Below are positions 18,433 through 28,017 of a stretch of 64,000 bases of DNA, piece by piece (the stretch's first letter is position 1; each line of letters opens with the position of its first letter). Under the pieces are notes generated by a model. The model was not told the origin of the DNA. It searched no databases and saw only the letters and a program-made list of their open reading frames with translations. The translations under genes and the position numbers were made by a program. Origin of the DNA: a virus; IMG/VR virus record IMGVR_UViG_3300010392_000664, positions 1 to 64,000 of that record; one strand, given 5' to 3'.

Positions 18433-19788
18433 TTATGCTGCTTGAATGTATTCTTTTTTCTCGTACCAGTTCTTTTCCGCTATTTCAAATTCAACTTCCA
18501 AAGGAACAATCACCCACGGCCAATGCTTACGAACTTCAACCGTCATGACTTCGTCACATAACTGCACAACATCTTCAATTTCATCTTTATGCACATCCAT
18601 GCAAATAGAATCATGAATTTGCCCTATGATTACAGTTTTATAACCCCGTTCCTTAAATATTCTCTCAAGCTGAATCAACGACCACAAAGTGAGATGAAAA
18701 CTTGGTCCTTGTATCGGGTAATTCATCAAATCATTTCGAGTGAAAATTCCCTGACAAACAAACCCTGTCTCCATTTCAAACCAACCACGTTTTAAGTACT
18801 GATCCCACCATACTTCTTTCTGGGTACTCCAGGTGGGAAACCGTCGATTGAACTTATCTTCAACACCTTTCATATGGTCAATAAATCCATTCAAATTACC
18901 GACGCCATGGGATTCAAGGTGCTCAAACAAGCATATCCCATCTACCGTTTTTAAATTTCCCTTCTCGATTGCATTCCAAAGTCCATTTGCACATGCCTTA
19001 TAAAACGACCCGTACAATGTTGGAAACACAAATTGATTTTTTGCCCAACCCCGCACGTCCTTTGCCACCTGATCCATCTCCAACATAAAGCAATCCATTG
19101 CCATGTCCCGATGAATATCTTTTGTAGGGTCGGAGGCATATTCCACCATGGATGGGTCTTTCCAGAAACACGCCGCCCCACGAAACTCGAGTGCCCCGTA
19201 ATCAACCTCCATTAAAACATATTCTTCCGACCGAGGTATGAATGCCTGCCGAACCATCTTTGACAATCGCTTATCTCGATTCGGAAAGTTCTGGAAATTA
19301 GGATCTGAACTTGATGACCGAAATGTAATTGCTCTGTGCAAATTGAAAAACGGATGAAGATAACCGTTGATTGTTTCCGATCGGATGCCCTTCAAAAATG
19401 TGGAAACCGTTTTTTTCAACGATTCCAGCATAGTCCATTTCTTGACAAACGGGACGTCAAGATTTTCAAATGCTTCAGCACTCGTTGATGGTAGGCCACT
19501 CTTGGTTCGTTTTGTGCATTCATGGCCCAGCACATTAAATATGATATGCCCCAATTGCTTTGTGGAACCTAAATCAGATTTACCACCGTAGACCTTCCTC
19601 CATTCCTTATACACCACATCATCCCGGATCTTGGTTTCCAAATCCGTGATTTTGTTTTCCGCCCAGGTTATCGTTCGATCAAGGTACTCTTCATCTATTC
19701 GCATACCCCGATGCTCGATGTCTATGAATGCCTGAACGCCATCCATGAGCAACTTATAAGCTGCTGGGGTTGATGGTTTACATATCAT
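18433..19788 (-). CDS. family A DNA polymerase, polymerase domain only
   Basis: RSSSSDPNFQN, motif A DYGALEFR, motif B R..AK...F...YG, NYPIQG, motif C IHDSI. Confidence 0.93.
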   Translation of the reverse strand: MICKPSTPAAYKLLMDGVQAFIDIEHRGMRIDEEYLDRTITWAENKITDLETKIRDDVVYKEWRKVYGGKSDLGSTKQLGHIIFNVLGHECTKRTKSGLPSTSAEAFENLDVPFVKKWTMLESLKKTVSTFLKGIRSETINGYLHPFFNLHRAITFRSSSSDPNFQNFPNRDKRLSKMVRQAFIPRSEEYVLMEVDYGALEFRGAACFWKDPSMVEYASDPTKDIHRDMAMDCFMLEMDQVAKDVRGWAKNQFVFPTLYGSFYKACANGLWNAIEKGNLKTVDGICLFEHLESHGVGNLNGFIDHMKGVEDKFNRRFPTWSTQKEVWWDQYLKRGWFEMETGFVCQGIFTRNDLMNYPIQGPSFHLTLWSLIQLERIFKERGYKTVIIGQIHDSICMDVHKDEIEDVVQLCDEVMTVEVRKHWPWVIVPLEVEFEIAEKNWYEKKEYIQAA

Positions 19789-20095
19789 CAGGTACTAAAA
19801 TCCTCCTCATACCATCACCTCCACAATACCGACAGCATCTCCCATTACAATCTTGGCACTTGCCTCCATCTATTGGACCATCTTCCGTTTGAATATCTTT
19901 CAAACGACCGATTCCTTCACATGTTACGCAACACTTTGTGCACTGCACCAAGTCTGCCCTTTTCCCCTCTTGGATTTCTCCTTTTCCATTACAATTAAAA
20001 CATTTAACAAGTGGAAGTATGGGCCAATCCCTTTGACCAGTATCTTCAACTTCCCCAGTTCCGCAACATACCGAGCATGTTTCTAATTTTGGCAT
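19778..20095 (-). CDS. DnaJ-type CxxCxGxG zinc-finger protein
   Basis: Multiple CxxCxGxG repeats. Confidence 0.6.
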   Translation of the reverse strand: MPKLETCSVCCGTGEVEDTGQRDWPILPLVKCFNCNGKGEIQEGKRADLVQCTKCCVTCEGIGRLKDIQTEDGPIDGGKCQDCNGRCCRYCGGDGMRRILVPDDM

Positions 20096-20417
20096 TTGAC
20101 TTATCCATTTCTGATTCCTCTCCTGTGCCATTACAACGAGGACAATAATTGTCGTAACTGTCTGGAAACCCCCATTCTTCAATGTAAATATAACCCCTTC
20201 CCAAACATACAGAACAATAGTATGGTGGACCATACTCTAATTTTTTACCATCAACAGTATATCCGTACCCATCACAATCGGTGCATATATCCATGTGCCA
20301 CCCGACGTAAGTGACTTCCCCAGTACCACCGCATGTAACGCAAAAATCCCTTTTCGGCATTGGATTAGGATTAGTTTCAGGACGAGGATTTGGAAATTCA
20401 TCCATATCATGTTTCAT
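20046..20417 (-). CDS. DnaJ-type CxxCxGxG zinc-finger protein
   Basis: Four CxxCxGxG repeats. Confidence 0.65.
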   Translation of the reverse strand: MKHDMDEFPNPRPETNPNPMPKRDFCVTCGGTGEVTYVGWHMDICTDCDGYGYTVDGKKLEYGPPYYCSVCLGRGYIYIEEWGFPDSYDNYCPRCNGTGEESEMDKSNAKIRNMLGMLRNWGS

Positions 20418-20862
20418 TACAATCCCTTTCTAAAACCTCACGTTCAGATTCCAAATCCCGATCAAGGGCATCCTCTGGTGAAAACTTACCGGGGTAGCGT
20501 GCTCTGAGCTTTGTGATGTTTACTTTCATCACATTTTCCATGTCAACCCCAAGAGCATTCAACGCCTCTGCAATATACCACAAAAGATCACCACACTCTT
20601 CCTCCAGGTTAACTGTGTCAAGATCTGCACCATAAAAAATGTGCTTCTTCAGGCCATCAAGAAATTCACCTGACTCCGTTGCCATGCCCAATCCGGCATG
20701 TAATAATCTAAGATTCCTGTTGAAACCATTGATGCCTGATTTAAAGACTTGCGAACTCACTTCACCCACATTTTCCTGGGAAGTTGCTGACGTCCGTTCC
20801 GCTAACTTTTGGTACTCGTTTGGTGTCATTTTCCTAACATTTCCTTTCTCTGTAGTTGGCAC
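20407..20862 (-). CDS. MazG-like nucleotide pyrophosphohydrolase
   Basis: YQKLAERT, GMATESGEF, EECGDLLWY, NITKLRARYP. Confidence 0.88.
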   Translation of the reverse strand: MPTTEKGNVRKMTPNEYQKLAERTSATSQENVGEVSSQVFKSGINGFNRNLRLLHAGLGMATESGEFLDGLKKHIFYGADLDTVNLEEECGDLLWYIAEALNALGVDMENVMKVNITKLRARYPGKFSPEDALDRDLESEREVLERDCNET

Positions 20863-22055
20863 AATAAGTATTCTAACAAAGCATCAAGACCACAGTACAT
20901 CAACAATTTCCGCATATCGACTTCACGAATTCTATTGAACCCATTTGCATCTGATGATTCTAAAAATGGTGAAATGTCTTTCGACCAGTTATCTTGACCA
21001 AGACGGACTAATGCTTGAAACTTGACCGATGTTATGTTACGACGACAATCAAGATGATGTGCACTTATCATGCTATCCCATTTCCAATTCCTGATCTTCA
21101 GATCAAGTATTGCCAACGTCCAGCGGGCTTCGAATTTAATATTAGCACCCAACTTCGGCAAGCTGCTACTCAGCAGCTTATAAGTTGCCGTTATTGCCGC
21201 CCCTACCCAAGGATAAGAAATCGTTTCGTCACCATTACTCACCGAGCAACATACGATTTCGGAATCAGGATGATCCGGTTTAAGTCGATTGGTTTCGTAA
21301 TCAAACGTAAACGCCTTGCCTGCTTTGAATATACCTTTCAATCTCTTCGCTGCTTGCTGAGGGTCAAGTATCACCTCAACAGATTTTCTGTAATCAGGAA
21401 CTTTGGTATAGGGTTGGGATTCACAAACTTCTACTGCTTGTTTGATATACCGATCAAACAGTAATCCCCATACCGGACCCTCGCGGTCTTTATCAACCGC
21501 AGTCAATACGTTTTCTGGGTCAAAGTTAGGGCATACCCAAGCATTATGCCTCTGAGACGGGATCCTCCATCCAACCCAACGCTTCATTTGCCCGACTTTT
21601 TCACCCCAAGACGGACCCAGCACAGATTCAACCGCCTGCTGGCCCATCGGAATTATCACAGTTGGTTTCAGATCCTTAATGACCCTATTCAAATTCGGCC
21701 TACAATAACCCACCTCTTTACCAGTCGGCACACGATCCTTCGCCTCTTGATTGGCTACAAATGACCGACAAATAATGGAATTTGTTTTCCAGCAATCATG
21801 ATACGAATCCACTCCAACATCCGACAGCGAACCAGAGATTCGCTTATGATGAGTGGAAACCATATGTTCTCCACGAACATCTTCCTCGTAGCTTGGGGAA
21901 CTTCCTACCAAAAGAATGCGTTTACCACCCTTGCCATACACTGGCATTTTTGGTGTGTCGCATGTTTTGTATAGACCACAAGCCCCGCACTTCGGAATAG
22001 AAGATTCGTAAGTAGAGGATTCGGATTTGCCTACTGAATCGAAGAAACCTGCCAT
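20826..22055 (-). CDS. family-4-UDG-like domain fused to a 3'-5' proofreading exonuclease (N-terminal part of split PolA)
   Basis: CGACGL Fe-S cysteines, TN.IICR, CRPNL; ExoI FDYET, ExoII NIKFE, ExoIII YCGLD. Confidence 0.85.
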   Translation of the reverse strand: MAGFFDSVGKSESSTYESSIPKCGACGLYKTCDTPKMPVYGKGGKRILLVGSSPSYEEDVRGEHMVSTHHKRISGSLSDVGVDSYHDCWKTNSIICRSFVANQEAKDRVPTGKEVGYCRPNLNRVIKDLKPTVIIPMGQQAVESVLGPSWGEKVGQMKRWVGWRIPSQRHNAWVCPNFDPENVLTAVDKDREGPVWGLLFDRYIKQAVEVCESQPYTKVPDYRKSVEVILDPQQAAKRLKGIFKAGKAFTFDYETNRLKPDHPDSEIVCCSVSNGDETISYPWVGAAITATYKLLSSSLPKLGANIKFEARWTLAILDLKIRNWKWDSMISAHHLDCRRNITSVKFQALVRLGQDNWSKDISPFLESSDANGFNRIREVDMRKLLMYCGLDALLEYLLCQLQRKEMLGK

Positions 22056-22057
22056 GA

Positions 22058-23065
22058 TTACTCTTCATAAACGACATCGGTGCAAACAACGTGCTTAGAC
22101 TTTTCGCCTTCTGAAAACAGCTTACCGTTTCCGATTCTACACTTGTTCCCCTTTTCCGAAATCGCAAGTAACATTTTTGGAACAATTTGAAATTGCTCAT
22201 CTGGACCTTCGTAAACCACTTTTTTCCGTTCACGATACCGACCACTCGGCCCTTTTCCGGTTATCATCATGACATTGGTTTTTAGTTGAACAGTCAAGTA
22301 ATTGACAGAATGCTCAGAACTAAAAATCTCAGCATTGGAGATAGCATCAGACAAATTACCCGGCAAAGATAACTGATTCGAACCGCTGTCCTGCAAGAAT
22401 GCATCAAGATTTTTGTAGTCATCAAGAAATCTACGAACAGCAACAACCAAGCCTGCAGGATTTTTGAAGTGCAACCAAGATCCGGTTTTGCTCATCTTAG
22501 TGAATCCGAAACCGACGATCGACTTCAAAGTAGTCGATCGGACTAGAGTTTCCTCATCGATCCCGGTCTCTAACTCGTACCGTTCAATCCGAAACCGGTC
22601 ACATGCTTCAACAAAATCTGGATGGATATGAATGCACGTCAATTCAAATTCACTCTCATCAGTCCCAGCACATAGATTAACGGACTCGACGGCATCAAAA
22701 AATTCAGGATTAACGTCATCCCAATCTTCTGGAGTATCTACTGATGAGTAAGGTAGCATGACTTCAGCTTCCATTGCGAACTCAACCTTACGCCCTCCCG
22801 CCGACACCTTCATTTGATTTTTGTCAACATCAACGTCAACCACCTCGTCATTTAACTTCCGCATCAAGTTCAACAACGGTGCCGCTTTCACAGCACCGTT
22901 GATCTTCAATGGGGAATCCCTCATGCAGCACAATTCATCATTGAATGTGATTACTTTCCCATCTTCAAATGCAAAGCAAGACGATTGCTCAAACATCTCT
23001 TTTGTTGCCAGACCCGGAGTGATGCTCTCCAAGACTTTCAACATCTCTTCCCTATTTATTTTCAT
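22058..23065 (-). CDS. DNA sliding clamp (DnaN beta-like)
   Basis: MKINREEML..L N-terminus, ACDRFRI motif, 335 aa, next to polymerase and loader. Confidence 0.78.
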   Translation of the reverse strand: MKINREEMLKVLESITPGLATKEMFEQSSCFAFEDGKVITFNDELCCMRDSPLKINGAVKAAPLLNLMRKLNDEVVDVDVDKNQMKVSAGGRKVEFAMEAEVMLPYSSVDTPEDWDDVNPEFFDAVESVNLCAGTDESEFELTCIHIHPDFVEACDRFRIERYELETGIDEETLVRSTTLKSIVGFGFTKMSKTGSWLHFKNPAGLVVAVRRFLDDYKNLDAFLQDSGSNQLSLPGNLSDAISNAEIFSSEHSVNYLTVQLKTNVMMITGKGPSGRYRERKKVVYEGPDEQFQIVPKMLLAISEKGNKCRIGNGKLFSEGEKSKHVVCTDVVYEE

Positions 23066-23104
23066 GATTCCCTTTAAAAATCAATTAGAAATGAAAAAGC
23101 AAAC

Positions 23105-23944
23105 CTAATTCTCAAGTAACCCGTTCTCGTACCCCTGAAGAATATGCCACGCATCAACCAATTTCATAGATGACTGGCGGTAATTTTTCGTGCCGAACAT
23201 CGCATCAACTTCATCAATCATTTCTTCGGTCACACCCTTTTCCAAACCATGCTTCTTGAGCACAACACCAACAACCCGTGTCCTGGTATTCGCAACGCGA
23301 ACATTCAACGGCTTCGGTTCAGGTTCAGGCTCAGGTTCAGGCTCAATTTCATCTTCCTGAACTTCTCGATGAATCACAGCAGCAGGATTTGCCGCTTTTG
23401 GTCGTTCAGACTTTTCCTCTTCCGGTTCCGGTTCAGATTCCTGCTTTTCGTCGTCAGACTCGTCGTCTGTGGCGGGTTCCGGCACCTCCTCGTCTATTTC
23501 CTCCGGTTCTTCGTCCCCGTCGTCACCGTCGCCGTCTGACGCCTCTAAATCATCACCGGAATCATCGTCTTCCCACTCATCCTCATCATCGTCTTCAGAT
23601 TCAGGTGGCTCAGGTGGTGTGTCACCTGAATAGTAATCTTCAGCCTCCTCTCCCACATCTTCTTGGGATTCCTCTTCTTCATCATCTTCCGCAACAGGTT
23701 CATCATGCACAATGAACTCAGCTTTTGACTCAACACCGGCCTGGATATCCAAAAGAACCCTGGCCACATCTTCATCTTCCGGAGGATCATCTCCTTCGAC
23801 AAGTTCAACAAGATCCTCCATTTTCGAAGCCAAACGATCGTTCGTCCAACTTGCAACCGTCTTCCATCCAGCAAACGACATAACTTTGATTACATCTTCC
23901 CGATGCAAATCAACCGTCATCACTTTTCCCATCATCATCCCCAT
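23105..23944 (-). CDS. very acidic hypothetical protein
   Basis: Long D/E/P-rich central region with EPEPEP repeats. Confidence 0.7.
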   Translation of the reverse strand: MGMMMGKVMTVDLHREDVIKVMSFAGWKTVASWTNDRLASKMEDLVELVEGDDPPEDEDVARVLLDIQAGVESKAEFIVHDEPVAEDDEEEESQEDVGEEAEDYYSGDTPPEPPESEDDDEDEWEDDDSGDDLEASDGDGDDGDEEPEEIDEEVPEPATDDESDDEKQESEPEPEEEKSERPKAANPAAVIHREVQEDEIEPEPEPEPEPKPLNVRVANTRTRVVGVVLKKHGLEKGVTEEMIDEVDAMFGTKNYRQSSMKLVDAWHILQGYENGLLEN

Positions 23945-24032
23945 AAAATGTTAAACTGAAAAACCTTCTCGGAACTAAATGATACACTAGCCCGCCACAA
24001 ATTTTCCAACGAATCCAAGATAATTCCAAAAA

Positions 24033-25397
24033 TTATCTTTGAGAAATCATAACCGGACAAGCTATGTCCATACTTCCTGCAACCTTGACATAGCTCCTCT
24101 CATTATACCTGCCCTTTCTTCTTACGATCCAATTGATTCTTGCGGCCCCCACACTTTTTTCATCATGAGAAACATTAATTCCTATCATCCCATTGACGTG
24201 AGCCAGTTTTGTTTTCCGACCGGAAAAGTTCTTTTTACTTAATAATGATTTATCATTTTTATATGCTGTTGCGTCAGATTGTGTAGCTGTTATCACGCAA
24301 CAGTCCCTAGCCTGAGAAATTCTACGCAACCCCTTCCATGTCTCATCAATCTGATCCAGCTTATCACGAACTCCTGCTGGTGGGGCAAGAATATCGGCGT
24401 AGTCGATAAATACCAAGTCAGGTGACCAACCTTCCCGTTTCCAATCAGCAAGAATAGAATCAATGTCATTCACATTGACTGTTGAATTAGGATAATGGGC
24501 AAGCCGAAACGAATCTTCAGATTTAGTGACCTTTTTAAATAACTGGAAACTTGTAATAGGATCAAGAGCATCCAGGGTCACCTCTTTGAGCTGCAGTTCA
24601 CCATTCTTATCCCATTCAAATGGGATCTTCAACTTTGAATCATAACGAGGCATTCCCGTTGCCCGCGAACCTAACCTCACAAGAATTTCGTTCTCGGTAG
24701 AGTCACCCACATCAAAAAAGGCCACCCTCCTGCGGTTACGAAGACCTCGGTATGCTAAATCTAGCATCCAGGTGGTTTTACCGATCTTGTCCGGTGCCAT
24801 GAACGAGTACAAAGTTTTGCGAGTAAATGAATCCCCAATAAATTTGCCCAGGGCACCCCTGTAACGCACCAAAGGTCTTTCACGATCTTGAGAAAAGGCA
24901 TCCATCCAAATTTCAATGCCCGAAGCCGGTTCAATATAACTCCCCGCCCCCAGATTGACCTTTGGTGTGCTGAGCAAACCTTCCCTGGCTGACGCCACAT
25001 CTCCTTTCTCAAGCAGAGCTTTAGCGGTTTCAATGCTTCGGTCAATAAGCACCTTCCCGAAGTGATCTTTGGCATTGTCAAGTAAAACATCACTGTCAAC
25101 CTCCCCCTGCTCATCCGACAACGATTGTAAGAACCGTTCCATCAGTTCGATGGTTTTATCATCAGCTACCGAAGTATCTGCCCACTTCTCAAATATCGAA
25201 ACCATTTGAGAATTCGGTGGTTGCCCATATTTACGAAAATGGGACACCACCATATTTCCGACAAGATTAGCCCACTCTGCAGAAAAAAGGCCATTGCCGG
25301 TCCATTGCGAACTGATTCTGGAACATACCTTCTGGTCAACGATCATGCCCCGCAATATGCGACGGCTCGCAGAGCCATCATATTGCCGATGCTTCAT
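24033..25397 (-). CDS. DnaB-like replicative helicase
   Basis: Walker A APDKIGKTT, FIDYADIL, TATQ. Confidence 0.88.
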   Translation of the reverse strand: MKHRQYDGSASRRILRGMIVDQKVCSRISSQWTGNGLFSAEWANLVGNMVVSHFRKYGQPPNSQMVSIFEKWADTSVADDKTIELMERFLQSLSDEQGEVDSDVLLDNAKDHFGKVLIDRSIETAKALLEKGDVASAREGLLSTPKVNLGAGSYIEPASGIEIWMDAFSQDRERPLVRYRGALGKFIGDSFTRKTLYSFMAPDKIGKTTWMLDLAYRGLRNRRRVAFFDVGDSTENEILVRLGSRATGMPRYDSKLKIPFEWDKNGELQLKEVTLDALDPITSFQLFKKVTKSEDSFRLAHYPNSTVNVNDIDSILADWKREGWSPDLVFIDYADILAPPAGVRDKLDQIDETWKGLRRISQARDCCVITATQSDATAYKNDKSLLSKKNFSGRKTKLAHVNGMIGINVSHDEKSVGAARINWIVRRKGRYNERSYVKVAGSMDIACPVMISQR

Positions 25398-25728
25398 CCT
25401 CAGCGTCCCCTTCGTCTAAGTAGGAATCCTCTTCATGGAATTGCCGAAGGAAATCTTTCTGACTTTGTTGCCCGACCACCTGAACTTCTGGTTCATCAGA
25501 ATCAAGATGCCCTCGATCAATGATGTTGTTTCTAATTTCGCCCATCGTTGGCATGAATTTATCTGTCGTAGTTTGAATAACACGATCCACTTCTTCTTCG
25601 ACAGAATCAGCAGATAAACCATTCAGTGATCTGGCAAGCATTATGAGCACGTCATCAGATAGATTTCTTCCAAACGCCTTAGCTAATTTTTTGATGACAC
25701 TTATCTTCCTGGCCAAGTCATCATTCAT
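25378..25728 (-). CDS. putative helicase loader (G39P-like)
   Basis: KFMPTMGEIR motif; lies between initiator and helicase. Confidence 0.45.
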   Translation of the reverse strand: MNDDLARKISVIKKLAKAFGRNLSDDVLIMLARSLNGLSADSVEEEVDRVIQTTTDKFMPTMGEIRNNIIDRGHLDSDEPEVQVVGQQSQKDFLRQFHEEDSYLDEGDAEDEASAI

Positions 25729-26654
25729 GCCATTGCCTTTTCTTCTGCTTCAAGTCGTTTCATAATTCGTTGAACTTGCTCGTCTTTTTCGTAATCACCC
25801 GAATTGTTTTCACCGGACGAGAATTCAGCTTGTGTTTGAATCCTAGCGAATTTATCACAGAATGCCTTCGCGGAAAACGCCTGGGGAACGTACTGCCCAC
25901 CGATGTTATCACAATACCATTGCAGCACATAATCAAATTCAGAAACCGACAAACCGGAAGATTGCAAAAACGAATCAATCTCAGCAGACCACTTTTTCAT
26001 ATCTGCTGGACGGAATATCTTCCTTTTTGCTTGCAGCCTATTATAGAGCAATTCCGCAGATACTCGGCCATGAGTTTTCTGCGGAATTTCAGAATCACCG
26101 GAAAAGAACCCCTGGGGCTTTCCGGTAATTGATTTTGATGGTTTTTTTCTGGCGGGATTGTCGCCGGGTTTTCCGGCGACATTCTTCACAGTGTTTCTTC
26201 TTCCTTGTTTCTTATTCCTTGTTTCTTCTTTGTCTGTATCTGGTGCACCCCCCTCCTGCATGGGATACAGACCTAGGTCTGTATCTCGTTCACCCCTATT
26301 ATTTTGCCCGTGCAGACCGGTCTGTATATCGTTCACCCCCAATTCCTCGGTAGATATTGGAGTCAATTGACTCAGATAAATGACACAATACAGATTCGAA
26401 ATTGATGACCCGTTTGAATTGGTTCTGCCCTCTGTTTTTATGTAACCCATTTCTTCGAGCTTGCGTAAATGGTTAATGACGGCCCGAATACTGACGCCGG
26501 TTACTTCCGATATGGTTTTGTGAGAAGGAAAGCACGTATCTTTGTTTCCGCAAAAACTTATAAGTGTGGTGTAAATACACCAACTGATCGGCCCTAATTT
26601 TTTCAAATGTTTTCTGTGGTATTCATGGGAAATTTGATAATGCGGGGATTCCAT
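25725..26654 (-). CDS. replication initiator with N-terminal winged HTH (HTH_36-like)
   Basis: IY..L..F...TCFPSHKTISEVTGVSIRAV..HLRKLEEMGYI; internal iterons; upstream of loader and helicase. Confidence 0.78.
   Translation of the reverse strand: MESPHYQISHEYHRKHLKKLGPISWCIYTTLISFCGNKDTCFPSHKTISEVTGVSIRAVINHLRKLEEMGYIKTEGRTNSNGSSISNLYCVIYLSQLTPISTEELGVNDIQTGLHGQNNRGERDTDLGLYPMQEGGAPDTDKEETRNKKQGRRNTVKNVAGKPGDNPARKKPSKSITGKPQGFFSGDSEIPQKTHGRVSAELLYNRLQAKRKIFRPADMKKWSAEIDSFLQSSGLSVSEFDYVLQWYCDNIGGQYVPQAFSAKAFCDKFARIQTQAEFSSGENNSGDYEKDEQVQRIMKRLEAEEKAMA
26194..26339. repeat. candidate replication origin: three 20-bp iterons, a 22-bp palindrome and a strand-asymmetric tract
   Basis: GTCTGTATMTSGTKCACCCC at 26232, 26277 and 26320; perfect palindrome at 26264-26285; pyrimidine tract at 26194-26231. 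Confidence 0.7.
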
Positions 26655-26681
26655 TACTTGGCCTTTGTCTGGGTCTGAAAG

Positions 26682-27002
26682 TTAAAAGTTTGATGTGACG
26701 GGATCAAGATTTCTTAAAACGTAAACGTACTCACCATTGGCAACAGATCCATCCGGTCGTTTCCAATCTCTTTTGAAAATGAGATCATTTTCAAATAATC
26801 GTTTAAGATAAGTGAAAACGGATCTTTGACTGATGCCCAATTTCCTTGCGATCATTTTCGATGGGATAAAGCAGTAACCCTCCTCACCGGAATACCGACA
26901 AAGGAGGGAGTAGATTGCTAATCCAATTGGGCCGATTCTTTCTGCATACTCATCAATCACCTTGTTTTGGACTGAGAAATTGTCATTCATGAAATCGATC
27001 AT
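26682..27002 (-). CDS. stand-alone HTH_36-like winged-helix protein, paralog of the initiator N-terminus
   Basis: IGPIGLAIYSLLCRYS...PSKMIARKLGISQRSV..YLKRL. Confidence 0.75.
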   Translation of the reverse strand: MIDFMNDNFSVQNKVIDEYAERIGPIGLAIYSLLCRYSGEEGYCFIPSKMIARKLGISQRSVFTYLKRLFENDLIFKRDWKRPDGSVANGEYVYVLRNLDPVTSNF

Positions 27003-27337
27003 TTTTGTTTTACTCTGAGAGATTCTATGATTGCTTTTGCCTGTTGTTTGTGTTCAAGCAAAACTGGCTCAGCAACGGTTCCGTCCAAATGCCGACGGAT
27101 TGCTCCCATTTTTTGAATAGCATTGAGGTACTCTATTCTCCTGGTCCAATACCGCAGGAGTTTGAAAGCAACCACATTCCTTAAACCGGGGAGATGTTTT
27201 GTAATTTCATGGCGAATGCCAATAGCGAGAGGTTTTGGATTTTCCTTGTTGAAGATATCTGGAAAATCATACTGAAGCACTTGCAGAGCAACAACACTCT
27301 GCTTCATGATTCTGCTGTGTTGTTTTAATGTCGTCAT
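26999..27337 (-). CDS. ProQ/FinO-domain RNA chaperone
   Basis: FPDIF...PKPLAIGI, YWT....YL, RRHLDG...V..EH..QA family motifs. Confidence 0.85.
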   Translation of the reverse strand: MTTLKQHSRIMKQSVVALQVLQYDFPDIFNKENPKPLAIGIRHEITKHLPGLRNVVAFKLLRYWTRRIEYLNAIQKMGAIRRHLDGTVAEPVLLEHKQQAKAIIESLRVKQK

Positions 27338-27351
27338 ATCATCCCATAAAA

Positions 27352-27387
27352 CAAAAAAACCCAGCCTCAATGAACAGGAGCTGGGTC
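27352..27387 (-). terminator. intrinsic terminator immediately upstream of the ProQ/FinO gene
   Basis: ACCCAGC...GCUGGGU stem followed by a U-run. Confidence 0.7.
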
Positions 27388-27476
27388 AAAAGTTTAATGT
27401 AAGTTGTTATGCATTTGTTCATTGATTTTTCATGCAAATGTAATTGAGACAACGGCAACTGTTGGCCCGTATCCCA

Positions 27477-27505
27477 AAACTACCAAGTTGCGTTGCATAT
27501 TGCAA
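27477..27505 (-). promoter_or_regulatory. possible sigma70-type promoter
   Basis: TTGCAA-17 bp-TAGTTT directly after a terminator. Confidence 0.4.
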
Positions 27506-27507
27506 AC

Positions 27508-27537
27508 AAAAAGGCGGGGTTTGTCTAGTTCCCCGCC
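27508..27537 (-). terminator. intrinsic terminator
   Basis: GGCGGGG/CCCCGCC stem followed by UUUUU. Confidence 0.75.
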
Positions 27538-27681
27538 CAAGTTCTTGTTTCACACAATTGATGTCACTTCATACGGGCCTCATATTGTTATGGTTGATGG
27601 TAAAAACGAATCAGAGTCACCCTTACTTTATCTCTCATTGAATCCTTATGAAGTATCACATGATGCACCTCCTTTTTATTT

Positions 27682-28017
27682 CTATTCGAGTTCAGCAAAA
27701 TTTTCTGCTGGGTCATACCACACTTCCTTTATGATATTCCCAATTCGATGTATTTTAGAATTGTCGTAATCTATTCGAACATACTTCCCTACCAAGTCTT
27801 CCCATTTTTCAACACCGACGGTTGAAAGGACGTTTTGTAAGAATTCACCACAAAAATCAAATTCATTGGGTTTATCCTCAATTTTTAACACATAACCACC
27901 AAAACCTTGGCCCCCGCCAGTATGATCAATATAAATCCAAGCGGTTAAAAACACACCTCTTTCAAAACCAAGACTTGTGCTGGAGATTCTGCCGTTTGTT
28001 ATTTCTCGTTTGATCAT
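27682..28017 (-). CDS. phage hypothetical protein
   Basis: GGGQGFGGY and GVEKWEDLVGKYVR pattern common in phage proteins. Confidence 0.7.
   Translation of the reverse strand: MIKREITNGRISSTSLGFERGVFLTAWIYIDHTGGGQGFGGYVLKIEDKPNEFDFCGEFLQNVLSTVGVEKWEDLVGKYVRIDYDNSKIHRIGNIIKEVWYDPAENFAELE

Noticed and set aside
19778-20862. Intron or intein interrupting the DNA polymerase
   Set aside because: The interval holds three ordinary overlapping genes; there is no homing endonuclease or splice motif, and each polymerase half has its own start and stop.
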